Positions 47,856 to 62,009 are shown, counted from the first letter of the whole stretch. The stretch: 63,911 nucleotides of DNA, filler included, from Phoronis australis (GCA_002633005.1; 4 parts of 4 records of this genome joined end to end with filler, not necessarily neighbours in it), one strand, 5' to 3'. A program made the numbers and translations. The notes: a model not told the origin generated them from the sequence alone.

Positions 47856-49924
47856 CACTTTAGTACGAAAAACAGTGTTAAAATTCAAATATCCACGAAG
47901 TGACCAACATAGATAAAAAATATGTGAACTAAGACGTAATAAACTAATTCATGAAAAGAAACTTCCGTTGATATCGTCTTGCTAAACATGAATCAGTGAT
48001 AGTGGATTGGCGTTGGCCGGCGTAGCAGACGATGTATAATCTAATCTGCAGACGAATCTGAGACTGGTAACATTCAATATTGTCATTTTGGTGCAGGGCT
48101 ATGGTTGATTAAACAGTTAGATGTCACGCCCTGCAGTATGATTCAGAATGTCTTTTGTAAACTCGGACACGATCAAATGAACGAAGCAGAAATCTTACTG
48201 TTTCTCACTTCATTAGCAAGCCCTGGCACTTTCCCATTTTAGAAAATTCGTATCAAGGTCGGTGCCTGTACCCCGGTGTCAGAATAAATATTGATTAAGT
48301 AATTAGTAAGAATAGATCCATTTTAAGTTGCCCAAAATTTGTGCATATGTACTTTTAAATCATGGGGTCAGACTTGTTGACATGTATTTTAACGTCAAAA
48401 TCTATTTTTAGATGGTGTTTACAACTTTGGGTTCTGGGGTCAAAGTACTCTAGAGATTCTAGAATATTCTGAGAACAAATTGTAACAGCCAATAATACGA
48501 GTGGATATGATCATGCGGTTTTTATTAGCCAATCACTAAATAAGTAGAATGTTATATTATGGGCTGAAATCAGCAAGATAATCAGATGCGCTAAAGTAGT
48601 TGAAGCATAAAGACTTGCTACAGTGTACAGAAGCAGTTGTACGACAGAGCCATCTCGTGGAAGATTCTAGAAAGGATCTTGGCAAGGGCAAGGGTTAACG
48701 AACCGGAAGTTAACTAAGAGCTTGTCACTTGCATTGTGGGTAGTAAGATACTACCTGAAGTGTTGCGTCATCAGCCAGAGACTGTGACCAGCAAGAAGAT
48801 TCGCGGGTAGAAGAAATTGCCTGCAAGTGTTGAATCACCAAAGACGGTGACCAGCAAGTACACTGTCGCTATACAGTGTGTGTGTAGTTCGAAGATTCAC
48901 CAACAGGACAGACATCCAACAAGTGGAGAGTCCTAGCTTGGATAGCAGATAAGACATTTGATCGTTTGGTTGTTTGATTAAAGTAATCTTTTAAGAGGGC
49001 GCTAGCATAGTTTCTCTTTGTAGTTGATTACTTAATTAACAAAAGGTTTCATTTGTCTAATTAGGGGTTATCATATAATAAATTAATTACTGGATTTGAT
49101 TATTCACTCTCCATCTACGCACAACTTCAAAGCATAGCTACCTTTTAAACAAACCCACACAGACTATCGTCTGACACCCGGCTATTAAGTTTATATGCAT
49201 TGTCGAATAACCAGGCAGGAACGAGGTACGGAAGGGGGTTGGGGATTGAAGGACTGTGTTGAACGCGGGGCACAATTCAAGATCCCATTGTAAAATTTAT
49301 CCCTTTGGATCTACTAACGGCGAAAGGTGCCGTGTGACTTGTACATAATTATTCATAATTACTAGCTAGAAATAATAAATAAGCACAAGTAAACGGCACC
49401 TTTCGCTGTTTGTGGATCGAACGTGAAAAAAGGTAATTTTACAACGGGCTCTTGAATTGTGCCCCCTTTAAACACAATCATTCAATCCCCTTTCGTACCT
49501 CGTCTCTGCCTGGTTATCTGACAATGCACATAAACTTAATACAGCCGGGGACCAGGCAACGACCTTGATACAAATTTTCTAAAGTGGCGAAGCGCCAGGG
49601 CTCGCTAATGAAGTAAGAAACAGTAAGCTTTATACTGCAGCGCCTGACATTCAACTGTTTAATCAACCATAGCCCTGTACCAAAATGATGATATTGAATG
49701 GAAACCAGTCTCAGATTCGTCTGCATATGGACTGGATTATACATCATCTGCTATGCCAGCCAACGCCAATCCACTATAACTGATGTTTAGCAAGACGATA
49801 TCAATGGAAGTTTCGTTATACGAATTACGTTATTACGTCTAAAAAGTTCAAATATTTTTGCTCTACATTCGTCACATCGTGGATAATTGAATTTTAACAC
49901 TGTTTTTTTTTTGTTCTCAAGTGC
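47856..49924. mobile_element. Foldback (long inverted repeat) element, arms ~550 bp, loop ~49345-49382
   Basis: Left arm 47856-48276 plus 49182-49344 pairs with right arm 49383-49924 (e.g. GATATCGTCTTGCTAAACAT / ATGTTTAGCAAGACGATATC; GCGAAAGGTGCCGT / ACGGCACCTTTCGC). Confidence 0.85.
48277..49176. mobile_element. Solo LTR, 900 bp
   Basis: Termini TGTCAGA...TCTGACA; 5-bp TSD CCCGG at 48272-48276 and 49177-49181; the empty site is preserved in the opposite foldback arm. Confidence 0.85.
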
Positions 49925-52216
49925 ATCTACAACCTCATAACAAAAGACTATTTTGTTGCTTCACATTTTGTAATATGTAGCTGGTTTGACATGGCCTGAG
50001 TTGTAACATGCCTATGTCATGCTCTGCTTAAGTTTACTTATTCTATCACCTGAGTGATATTTACAAAGCTTTACTAGTTGAAATTCAGGATTTGTTGCAT
50101 GAAACAGCATCCAATTAATCTAGTTTTTCAAATTTTAACTGGGGAAGATCTCCCAACCCAACCCCTACGGCAAAGTCATCAACTATAGAATATAATTTCA
50201 CAAATCCTAACCGGGCTTGATAACGAGAAATACACATCAGCGTCACGATTACACAATTATTCAGGGATTTGACGGTTAAATCACTTTGAGACAAAAATTT
50301 TAGATTAAATTAATGGGTATCCTTGGTGAAAATGGACTAAAACAGACAGCGTCGTGCCCTGCAGGGATTAACAAACCATTAAAGAGTTTGAAAATAACTT
50401 TCAAGCTTGAACTAATGAGCTAAAGGTAATTGAGATTTATTCATGGGATTAGATTGTAATATTTCTAAAAGACTCTAAAACAATTGAAGTTCAAAATATT
50501 GTGCAGGGACAACAGACAGTATCTTTACAGAATAAGAACCTACAGCCATTTCTAAACTTAAAATAATTCTTAGTTTAACCCTTATCCTGCGCTAGGCGAG
50601 GTCAGCCGACATGCCAATTATCCTATTAAAATGCGTTGGGTGTACTCAATCGACTATAATAAGTTACAGCTGGGCTGCGCTAGGAGAGTACACTCACCCC
50701 AGGACACTTGTGATTTTCATTCAGACATTGTAAGAGCCCTGGAATGTTGTTTAGATATGTGACCATGAGTATTCCATACTTCACAACTTCCTCTACTGTT
50801 CTCCAATTTAAACCATATGGCTGTGATTACTAGTTTGGGAGATATTGGCAGGTTTATGTAAGTGTAGACACATAGTTTCATTATATGGCTGGAGCCATAC
50901 GGGAGAGGATGNNNNNNNNNNNNNNNNNNNNNNNNNNNNNNNNNNNNNNNNNNNNTTAATTAATTAANNNNNNNNNNNNNNNNNNNNNNNNNNNNNNNNN
51001 NNNNNNNNNNNCTTTTCTTACAGTAAGTGATCTAAACAAAAGTTGTTTTGAAAGAAACCGCGGCTTTATTGCCCGTTCAATATTCTCTGGGGAAGTACGA
51101 AGGCTTACGAGTGTGACATGCGCAAAACGTGTGCGGCAAATACAGTGCCGTTTAACTGCCTTAGTAAAGTGAACTATGTTTTCAGTTAGTAAAATCAGGT
51201 TCTGATTAGATGCTTCTAGCTGAAGTCAGCCAAGGTTTTAAACCTTTTTAAAAAACTTGACGCGCTTTCCCCAAACTCGACGCGACAAAATTCAAACTCG
51301 TTACCGCCTCCAGTCAAAACAGGTCGTGGAGAACACAGATATTATCATGTAAACAAACGCTTTAGGTTGTGAAAGTCACACTTCTTTGTGCAAATTTCAA
51401 AATCTGGCAAAACCTACTCGCGTGTGATGACCACAAACTTTTTAAATACAACAGTTAAAAACTTTCAAAAAGAAAAATTAAATATACTATTGTCTCCCCA
51501 ATTTTGATATTTTGGGTATCATTATTTAGAGAATGATAACGTCAGAAGCCTGAGCACGTAAGCGCATCCAACCATTTTACATTAATGGGTGTCAACATAG
51601 GATTCTCTCCATGAAGAAACAGTAGAAACTCACTTCAACCATATATTTATTAGGGGCTGCTCAGATTTGAACACACACGCCTGCATTTAACTTGAAATGC
51701 TCTTGATATGTGACAGTGATGCAATACAGCTGGACTGACTCAATCCTCAAGTGCTCACATTAGCTTGTACTTAATAGGTTTATTGACATCTAAAAATTAA
51801 ACACTGGGTTGTTACACTTTCTTGGTATCCCTGAAGTCTTTTGACTCTTGTCCAACCTACTTCCAAACGTCGAAATTTTTAAGTCTGTAAGCAATGGGGG
51901 AGCACTCGAGTGACAGTGAAGTCAATAGGCCCCGTGGGTCACTCAATGACAATTAAGTGCCCATATAGTAGAACTCCCCCTCCCCCCTGTTGCAGTCTAC
52001 CAGGTCTGCTAATTGATTAGGGGCATATTGGATCCCGTGCCTGTATAACAAAACCTTGCTGAAAAAGTACTGCCTATCTGCAATTTTTGGTACACGCCTG
52101 CCCTTGTCAATATATGAGTGACCCACCCCCTCGGCCGTAGAACTAAGCCAAGGGCTGAATGCCATGCATGTAGACGAGTTGGTTTCTACTGAGAATAGTC
52201 CAAATGACAAACTTAC

Positions 52217-52329
52217 GAGTGCCTGAAAGTGGCAGGTGCTGCACTGGAGGACGCTGTCTCACTGGATTGTTGCTGGGCAGCTCGTTCTTGCACAATCGCC
52301 GACATTTCTGCAGCGATTTGATTCGCCAT
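52217..52329 (-). CDS. Candidate first coding exon of an unidentified gene
   Basis: AATCATGG start, MANQIAAEMSAIVQERAAQQQSSETASSSAAPATFRH, perfect GTAAGT donor, locally CpG-rich. No homology recognised and no phase-compatible next exon found. Confidence 0.35.
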
Positions 52330-54199
52330 GATTCACCGTTCCCAGACACGTAACCGGTCAGTGAAGAAGTATTTACACGAACGCGCGCGACAGTGAGTTG
52401 TAAAACCGAACGGCATTGGCTAAGAGTAAACACTAAATTACGAGCGTAATTTTACGCCGTAAAGAATTGAATTACGCTCGTAATTTTACGGCGTAATTAA
52501 CGGCGTAAATAACGGCGTAAATAACGGCGTAATGTACATAATTACGCTCGTATTTTTCCGGCGACACTTCCCCCCCAACGGCCCATGATANNNNNNNNNN
52601 NNNNNNNNNNNNNNNNNNNNNNNNNNNNNNNNNNNNNNNNNNNNNNNNNNNNNNNNNNNNNNNNNNNNNNNNNNNNNNNNNNNNNNNNNNNNNNNNNNNN
52701 NNNNNNNNNNNNNNNNNNNNNNNNNNNNNNNNNNNNNNNNNNNNNNNNNNNNNNNNNNNNNNNNNNNNNNNNNNNNNNNNNNNNNNNNNNNNNNNNNNNN
52801 NNNNNNNNNNNNNNNNNNNNNNNNNNNNNNNNNNNNNNNNNNNNNNNNNNNNNNNNNNNNNNNNNNNNNNNNNNNNNNNNNNNNNNNNNNNNNNNNNNNN
52901 NNNNNNNNNNNNNNNNNNNNNNNNNNNNNNNNNNNNNNNNNNNNNNNNNNNNNNNNNNNNNNNNNNNNNNNNNNNNNNNNNNNNNNNNNNNNNNNNNNNN
53001 NNNNNNNNNNNNNNNNNNNNNNNNNNNNNNNNNNNNNNNNNNNNNNNNNNNNNNNNNNNNNNNNNNNNNNNNNNNNNNNNNNNNNNNNNNNNNCATCTAA
53101 AGTCTCAACGCCTGCACACCATTGTAGAAGTAAACGCTTCTTTGCTTGTTGTGATACCACTCAAATTGGTTCACTGTCTCCCTCCTGGTGCTCATGAGAG
53201 CAAGCGGCGTGTTAAGTGTGTGATGTAATTTGCTGAGAATGGATGATTCTGAGGTCCATGTCGGTGGATTCCCCTGCGGGAGGGTATGTACTGCCAATGA
53301 ATTCGGATGTGCACTCAGTCTCAAGTACCTTCCCATGTGGTTGGATTTGTTGGATACAGGAGGTGACTTTTTGTAACTTCATTCCATAGACGTATAAGTT
53401 AAGGAAGCAAAAACACAAGTCATGGCCACACACAAATCATCACGCGATATCTCCATGCTTTTAAAGCGAACCAGATGTGATCACACTAGCTGTTCTCGTG
53501 AGTCTACTGGATCTAGGGATATCAGCCTATACTTGGTGTCTGACCAATGTTATACAGGCAGATGAGAATACACTACCGGTAAACAAAGGATCTTTCATCT
53601 AAAAGCAGAAGTTGGCGGGTCTTGATTCTTTGTTTTTGTATAATTTTAATTTACGACTTACCCTGTCTTAATCACCTGAAGGCTTTTTGTTGCACCTGAT
53701 TTGTACCAGGCATTAACGATTTTTGCCAGTCCAGCATAGGTTCCTGCGGCTACAAGAAGGGATAAATTAATAGACATCATGACTATACGTTTTTGAAATG
53801 ATATGAATTACGATTACAACTCAACAGTTATATTTATGTACATGCATCAAAACTGTGTAGTGCAAAACGAGGTGCTAGCTTTTCTGTAATCAAACAAACC
53901 GAAAATGTTGTCGTTCTGCTTCTTGGGACGCGTTCCGCAAACGCAAGACAGCAGAAGTAAACATGACCACGTGCTTCGTTTGTATACACTGGCGATATCC
54001 AGAAAAAGACTTGCTACGTGATTTTGCTTTAGTGTCCTCTATTGGGACAGTATGATTATGCACTCTCAAAGTTCCTATGCAAGATGTTGATTATGGATTG
54101 TTTGACTCATTCAATTCACATTCGTGGAGCATATTCAGAACGCTGGTAACACATTATCTCATGGGTTTACAAGGTCCTTAGTAATTACGAATTTGTTTA

Positions 54200-54960
54200 G
54201 TAGCTTACCTCTAAATGATTGGATGTGAAATATATCACAGGGAAAAACCCTAATTCTAAATTTGGTGCAAAAGTTCTCCGACAACTGCTGAAAGTTCCAC
54301 CGATGAATCTCATTTTCGTTTTAAAGGTCGCCATCAAACGGATGGTATAGCAATGGATTCTCCTCTAGCCCCATTATTAGACAAATTATTTATGGGTCAC
54401 CATGAACGATTGCGAATTCAACAGAATCAAGAACTTTCACTTGAAGGTCGTATGTTTTAACGTAGGTACATAGACGGATTTAAGGGGGGCAGGGGGTACG
54501 CCCCCCCTCTTGACTGGCGAAAAAAATGAAACAGCAAGAACGTGAGGAAATATTGAGTTTATAACCAACCCCGGTAATTAACATGCGGCTGAAACACGAT
54601 TTAACAATGTGTGTAGTTATAGTTTTTATGTGTGTGTGTGTGGGGGGAAGGGGCTCAGACCCGATTGCCAGTGTCCGAGTCAGATCTCCGGCGCGGTTTC
54701 TTGATTTTTTTTAGTCGTTCAGATCCTGAGAAATTCGAGACCCTCCATACTTTTGGCTGGGTGCGCCCATGCAATCGTGTGCTTTGCGCAATTCCACGAG
54801 ACAAAATGTTGCCTCCCCTAATGATATCCTATATCCGCCACTGAGGTATGTCGATGACATTCTGTATTTTTACCAATACGACTTGTGAGCAGCTTTTTTT
54901 TGAATTTGTGAATAGGCGGCATATCACATAAGTTTCACCATGAACGATGAATACTAGTTG
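54200..54960 (+). mobile_element. Penelope-like reverse transcriptase relic, interrupted by a MITE
   Basis: TDESHFRFKGRHQTDGIAMDSPLAPLLDKLFMGHHE (QxDGxAMGSPL motif). Removing 54469-54848 restores F*RRYVDD, followed by FCIF. Confidence 0.85.
54469..54843. mobile_element. 375-bp non-autonomous DNA element with 5-bp TSD AGGTA
   Basis: Ends CATAGACGGATTTA / TATATCCGCCACTG (imperfect TIR); AGGTA at 54464-54468 and 54844-54848. Confidence 0.75.
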
Positions 54961-57033
54961 TCCATTCCATNNNNNNNNNNNNNNNNNNNNNNNNNNNNNN
55001 NNNNNNNNNNNNNNNNNNNNNNNNNNNNNNNNNNNNNNNNNNNNNNNNNNNNNNNNNNNNNNNNNNNNNNNNNNNNNNNNNNNNNNNNNNNNNNNNNNNN
55101 NNNNNNNNNNNNNNNNNNNNNNNNNNNNNNNNNNNNNNNNNNNNNNNNNNNNNNNNNNNNNNNNNNNNNNNNNNNNNNNNNNNNNNNNNNNNNNNNNNNN
55201 NNNNNNNNNNNNNNNNNNNNNNNNNNNNNNNNNNNNNNNNNNNNNNNNNNNNNNNNNNNNNNNNNNNNNNNNNNNNNNNNNNNNNNNNNNNNNNNNNNNN
55301 NNNNNNNNNNNNNNNNNNNNNNNNNNNNNNNNNNNNNNNNNNNNNNNNNNNNNNNNNNNNNNNNNNNNNNNNNNNNNNNNNNNNNNNNNNNNNNNNNNNN
55401 NNNNNNNNNNNNNNNNNNNNNNNNNNNNNNNNNNNNNNNNNNNNNNNNNNNNNNNNNNNNNNNNNNNNNNNNNNNNNNNNNNNNNNNNAGGCCTTCGACA
55501 ATAGAGTAGCCCCATCACGAACCCCATTTAGCGCCAAAAAAAAAAAACTTGAGACGGCGCTTGCACTAATCGAAGTCTATGACATCATCGTTACAACGAA
55601 TTTGGCTTTCACCGTGTCTCCAGATCGAGTATTGGAATCAGAGATGACTCGTTTTTTAATTTAGTGCAAAATACGTGGAAAATAAGGAAACACATTAATT
55701 TTTCAGTTCATGTCAGTTAATATTAAAATTAATCAAAATCACTACCTTTAGAATTTTTATTCAATTATTTAGCACACATTATAATACGGGCCCGTATGGG
55801 AATCCCCGGGAGTGTGACTGGTGCCGTCGAAACAGCCGGAAAAACAAAACGCTTCGTCTGAATTGTTATCAGCAATTTCCCAATGTTTATTATAAAGTCT
55901 AATTTGTTTGATACAAAAACTTTGATGTTAGTAACTTGTCATTCATATCTTTTTGAAGCCGAAGGTGTGAACGCTGCACGATTCCAATACGGACGGCTGT
56001 CCAGTGTGTGTCCCGTATGGGTATAGACGATAACAGGCCATTTAATTTGGTGCAAAATACTTAGAAACGTTAGGCTTACAGCACATATCAGCATGATCTT
56101 TTCGTACAATGCAACTATATTCAAATCCAATGAAAATTTTATATTAGAAACTCAATTTTCAAAATAAATCGCCTTGAAATGCTGCAACCCGTAATCGGTC
56201 AAGCTAAAAAAAAATGAAAATTTAATAGCAACACAACATTGTGCGTGTCTGTAATAAATTAAAACTACAAAATAAAGTCTGTATTGCATGAAAACATACC
56301 CAGTCATAAGAATTTGTAATCAATTGCACGTTTTAAATTCAGTATCAGAATTCCGTTAGGCCTACGGGAACGACCCAAATCAGATAGAATATTCCGGATT
56401 TGGGCCGGATTCCCTATACTCTGGGCTGGAACAGTGACACGAAACGTCGAAGTGCACACTGCAGATTTTTTGTAGCCAAGCAGCTAGCTGTTTGAAGGCT
56501 ATCGCCAAAATACAGCTAGGTAACACTGTGACTTGAGCTCTGTTAAACCATAGACCATAGACTGTAATCTATCACGAAATTTCATAGGTCTACCTAGCCT
56601 TGGTACAAAGCTGTATATAAATATACAGCTTTGCACCGATGTGGGTAAAAAAGTGGCAAGATAAAATCTGACACAAATTTGGTGTCATGTTCCTTGAGTA
56701 AATTAAATTATTTAACGGTGTTGGCAAAAATGGCGTTCTACCGTTATTCTGCTGCTAAAGTTGTGGAGCGATCTTTAGCGACGGCTTTCGGCGCCGTGAA
56801 ATATTGCGTCACCTATTGGCCAGTTTCTTTTTTCGCCGATTCTTCAATCAACTGTTGTTCTTTCACGAGCTTTCGTACACGTCACAACAAGTTATCAGAA
56901 CTAGTTTCACTTCATTATAAGTTTTTTAGAATTTTGATACCGAAAAATCGAATTTCAGAAGAAATTTTGCTGCTGCCAAGCTATCATCATCACCTGAGAG
57001 ATGTCGCAAAAAATTAGGAATTGGCGCGTGCGC

Positions 57034-58180
57034 GTCCTAAGTCGGGATTGCGACGGGGTTGCCATGCTGGCGTTCATTACTGAGCGTTCTGTTTCAAAAT
57101 GAATTATTCTCACCCTAACCAATACTTATATAAAACTGAAACAAAATCTGTCTCATTAGATGCAATTTTTGATGCCTTTGGAGTGTTCGTGAGTGCAAAT
57201 GATTTGAAAAGCCAGCAATGAATAAATCACTGCGTTACCGGCTTTAGGTGCAATAATACTAACTGACGGGACACCGAGGCCGTGTGAGCTCATGCTAATT
57301 TAGTGTTTGCTCTGGCAGAAACTGTTGTGAAACAACTCGATTTCCATCCCACGGCCAGGTGTTAGGGGAATCTTTATTTACATTTACATTACTCAAATAA
57401 TGATTGTCAATGCCATACAACTTCTGCCCTGACGGTGCTGTGGCCAATGCGGAACCTGAATTCGCGGCCCCGAGTATTAGATTTGCAGTTTCATGGCTAA
57501 TTCACCAACATAAGCACGTGCACATTACTTTGGTTCACTAGTATAGTATTTTCTTGATTGGAAGTTTAGTTTCCACTGAACTTTGGCTGGTGTATGTTCG
57601 TGATATCTGAACAGTTTCCGAGCTACTGGGCGGGATAACGAGTCAATCCGGGCGGCCGTGACGGGCCTGATCGGGCTCCGAGCCACTGGCCAGGATAACA
57701 AGCGTTTTGTGTTTAGAACTCAAAAAATCACAAATCTAAACAACACAGATCTAGGTTCTCCTGTCTGTATCTCACGGAAAATACTTCGAAATTATCTGCT
57801 ACCAGACCCCAAACTCCTGCTACGGACCTTATTGGCCTGCCGAACTTCGTAGGCTACAGTGTGTCCAAATACCAATAAATCCGTAAGAGCGAAATAAAAC
57901 AACACGTTTTTAAAAACTCGGTGTATTTTTAAGGGTTTTACATCGAAGTTTGATGATTTATTGGTGTTAAACGATGAATTCAAGCGATAAGCTGACACCA
58001 GTAACACGTGTTGTGAACTGCTGAACAGACTGCGTGTGAACCCGATGACGTCATTGGATAATTTCAACACCTCCGGCTGCCGTCAGTTGTCAGGTAACGC
58101 AACCCTACATGTCGTTATGGAGTAGAACTGCTCGATCTAAATTGATACAAATTAGGTTGCTTTTAGGGTGGCATGCTCCT
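57034..58180 (+). mobile_element. Kolobok-like element, copy 3 (left end missing, right end intact)
   Basis: Similar to 12288-13213; ends GGTGGCATGCTCCT followed by TTAA at 58181-58184. Confidence 0.8.
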
Positions 58181-58795
58181 TTAATTCATTGGGAAGCGAA
58201 GAAACTTTCGACAAACCACTACAAGTCACATTTCAGGATGGTGGCACCCGCCATTTTAATTTTAAAAATGCTCAAGGCCGATAACCAGATAAAATACATT
58301 TCAAAAGATAACCCTACACTGACATCATTGCTGGGTCAAGAGTTTTTCATTGAGTGGTTAGCATTGTTCACACGGTATCACCGTGAAAGATTGCATGGCC
58401 AGGGCTTGGTCGTTGTCTAATTTTTGTACTCCAAATCGAATTTCTTGGAACAAAATCCTAAGTGTGACATTTTCAAAAAGATCCTGAACAAATGGGTCTC
58501 CTTTTCTAGTCCACGTGATTGGCTTTGGGTTTGCTTCTTGTCACGTGACATAATACAATGTACTTAAGTCAGACGCTCCACACAACTATGTGCGAACAAT
58601 CACTAAATCGCAATTGGACAGAAGTCTACGAAAATATAAACAACACTGCTAGTTACTGAGATGTTTTATCAATAATTTCTAGGCTGTAACTGTGCTCAGA
58701 ATAAGTTGGCTAAGCCGTTATTGAGCAAATTGTGAAGTAGGAGCGAAAGACCAAATTTCAGTCATAGTCACTTTTCATGAGACACTTATGCACGG

Positions 58796-58836
58796 TGATC
58801 AGAAGGTCGCGGGTGCGAATCCCGGTCGGGGGCAGA
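58796..58836 (+). other. Partial tRNA-derived SINE head
   Basis: GATCAGAAGGTCGCGGGTGCGAATCCCGG resembles a T-arm/B box; the 5' half is absent. Confidence 0.4.
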
Positions 58837-61800
58837 AATCTTTTCGGACTTACATTCATTAGGTTATGTGATGTGACCAAAAAATGGCGGATTGAACGGG
58901 ATAAACTGCTTGCTACATATGCCACGCCTCACTGAATAAGATATATTCATACACTCGTGAATAAAGCCTTGTTTTCGACAGTCGAGCACTGGCTGCGGAA
59001 GTTCCCGGAACTCACCTTGCAGACAGTAAATGGCGTCGCTGCAAACGATACGTGCAAATGTAGCTCAGCTATTGTGCTGTGCAGGTAGCGACATATCCAG
59101 TTGTCAGCAGCCGTGTTTGTGCTTTCAGTCGCAGGCAGTAACGCATATGTATTAACAGGCGATGAACACGGATTTGTTAACGCAAATTTCAACTGATGAT
59201 CCAACGTCTACTTTTTAACACTGTCCTTTCCAGAGTGTAATTTTACAGCTGTTACTAAATAGCACCTATGCTAAGCTAAGCTACATGTACCTGGTTTTCA
59301 GCATTGCCTTCTGTTTCAATCGTATGCCTACAGGTACCTCGTGCGACTTAATTTATATACTATATTGAAGCACACGTGATATTTTGATGTTGGCACTCAA
59401 CAGATGTTAATAAATGTCGAAGCGCTTAGAGCCTGTCTTAAAGAAGAAAACGTTATTTCCAAATCGTATTTTAAGAATTAAAGACAAGGGCCTTGCGTTC
59501 TTTACTTCTAACAAAACTTGAATTTGATGACATGCCCATCATGTGGGTACGGAAGCCCAATAGTGCCATTTTGAAGTGAAAAAAATTATATCATTGGTTT
59601 GGCGGCCGCCAGAGGGGGCGGGGTGTCTCGGAAAGTATGAGGTCTTTCATGTACATGTAGGACTCGCTCACCGACTCCCTGACTAGTGCACAACAGGCTA
59701 ATTAGCATCTAAAACAATCGTAGTATGAAGATGTCAGTTTTTCGATTACAAATATTTGATTAGCATGAACAATTTGAATAAGCCAATTTATTCAATTTCT
59801 CAAGTTCAAGTACCTTATATTAACTAGAAGTACCAATTGTGCGGCTCTCTTGGTTTAATCAATGGACTGGCTGTTCTATACAGAGAGCTAAATGACCGAT
59901 AGTCATTATTTGACACAAACCCAAACAATCAACAAAATTGTTTTCAATCAACATGGAAAACACGTGCTGTGGTTACTCGGTCCTCAGATATTTCGTCTTT
60001 TTATAAATCTGTGCAAATACTGATACGAGGAGCACTAGTTATTTACAGGTACATGTACGAGAGATTTTGCAGAGACGAATTAAATAACTTTGCAGGATTA
60101 GTTGTCGAATTACATGTAAATTAAAGGATTCCAAACAAGTCATGGATGACTAACCACTGCCAAAGATGACAGTTCATGAGCAAACGTGTAGAAGTGAATT
60201 ATCTAGTGCTGTGAATTTGAAGATTTTCGAAGTACGGAAATTGAATTATGCACAATCAACTGATGACATGATAGCTAAGAGGGAAAGTCAAAGCAAATGT
60301 CAAAAAGGTGCAAGGGCATTATGGACGGTTGCTACAGTGGTACCTGTATACATTTGGGAAGGGTATATTAAAACTGCAGTGAAATCGAGAATGTGGCAGG
60401 ACAATTTGTGTATGGTGAATATGCAGGACAGTGATACCAGGAGAGGGTACACGATGCTCAACTTCCGGCACCATTTTCTGAATTGAAGACTACAGGCCGG
60501 CAACTGTAATTCAGCGGATGACTGTTGTCCCCATTTGGGGACTCTTAAAAAAACTTACTGTAGAATGCCAATGACTGTGGCGTTTGTAATTTTCTTCAAA
60601 CGTCTGCATTCCTAATTACAGGCTGGATAATACTGATGACACCCGGAGGTATCCAGCCAGCTAGCTGTATGAAGACTATCGTCAAAATACAGCTCAGTAG
60701 TGTAGGTGTGCCACTGTGTGTTTTTCTTGAATTACGGCGTTCTCCCGTTCAGTGACTTTACCAGACGTTGAGGATTGTGAGCGCGTGATAACATATAGCT
60801 CCTTAGCTAACTGCCAAGCACAGTCTTTTGTCTGGTACGACAACAAACAGGGCAATAGCGGATTTGCAGCGCAAACGAACTACGCATTGCGCATGTGCGA
60901 GTTACTTCCTGCGCGAAGGCTCATGGGATAGCTTGTGGTCAGGCCGTGTCTTGAGCAGCCTGGATAGTGTGTGCATTTGGAGTGATTTGCAAACTAAAAA
61001 CCATGTTTCATTTTTTTTGCTTTATAATACCAAGCAAGTCCTCTCTCTCGTTTGTAAACACAGCGTAGCTACATGTATGATCAGTGACCGTGTGACCGAG
61101 GGCACGACTGTCGTCATGTTCAGTATTGGGGCTATCGGCGTTGTTTTCCGTCCTCCGGTTTTAGACAAGTTGAGAGTTCTTGGGTTGCTTAACTGTTGTA
61201 GCTTTCGCCGTGGATATGCTAGAGACGTTAATTTTAAGAGGAAACTCCGTCAGAATGTTGTTCTCATACGTCTTTTTCGTTCCACCAGGAAAATGTTCGC
61301 TGCACACATGATGGCCCCTAGGCAATTAAATCGCACTGGATGCTGTGGCCATTCATTGGCGATAGTACATCCTCACAAAAAGTTACTCATTTCAAAATAC
61401 AGCAAATAAAATCAAATGCACCATACATATAGGAACACGGAGTTATAATTAACACATACCACGACTCTGGATACAATTTATTCAGCAAAACTTGAACAAA
61501 TCGATGAAAATCTGTCGCGGTTTGCTCGAGTTTCTCTCAGTTACTGAACGCGGGTGCCATTTTGAGGAAGTTACGTGAAATTACGCATGTTGACGAATAA
61601 AAAGTCCAAGGGACACACATCTTACAAGTTTCACCCGATACCTTCTCATGCTATTTTGGTGTCGCGCTCTAGCGTCACGCGCTTCGCTCAGTCTCGCGCT
61701 AACCCGCTTTGCCTCACTCACGTGATTCAGTTGACGTGCTTTGTGGTTATCGCGCAAGCGGTGATAAAATTAACGGCAGCCAAAAAAGTGAAGTTGTAAT

Positions 61801-62009
61801 TTTTCGCCAAAGTCAACTTAATTCTCACAACTAAGCTTCATCAAAGATATGTATAGAAGAAAGGACCAATGATGAAAGTAAGCGTTTTTTTAAATGATAG
61901 TTTTAAGTGTAGAATGTATTTTTGACGAGGTGAAAACTCGAAATCGGTAACACAAATCCAGTCACAACCCGTTTGAAATACACTGAACGAAATGAGTACA
62001 GCCGGAAAG

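Noticed and set aside
51634-51680. 47-bp AG/GT-bounded segment as the exon after 52217-52329
   Set aside because: In the required phase it hits TAA; no support without transcripts.
60828-61409. 193-aa plus-strand ORF
   Set aside because: TTG start, no recognisable motif or splice support; likely a chance ORF.
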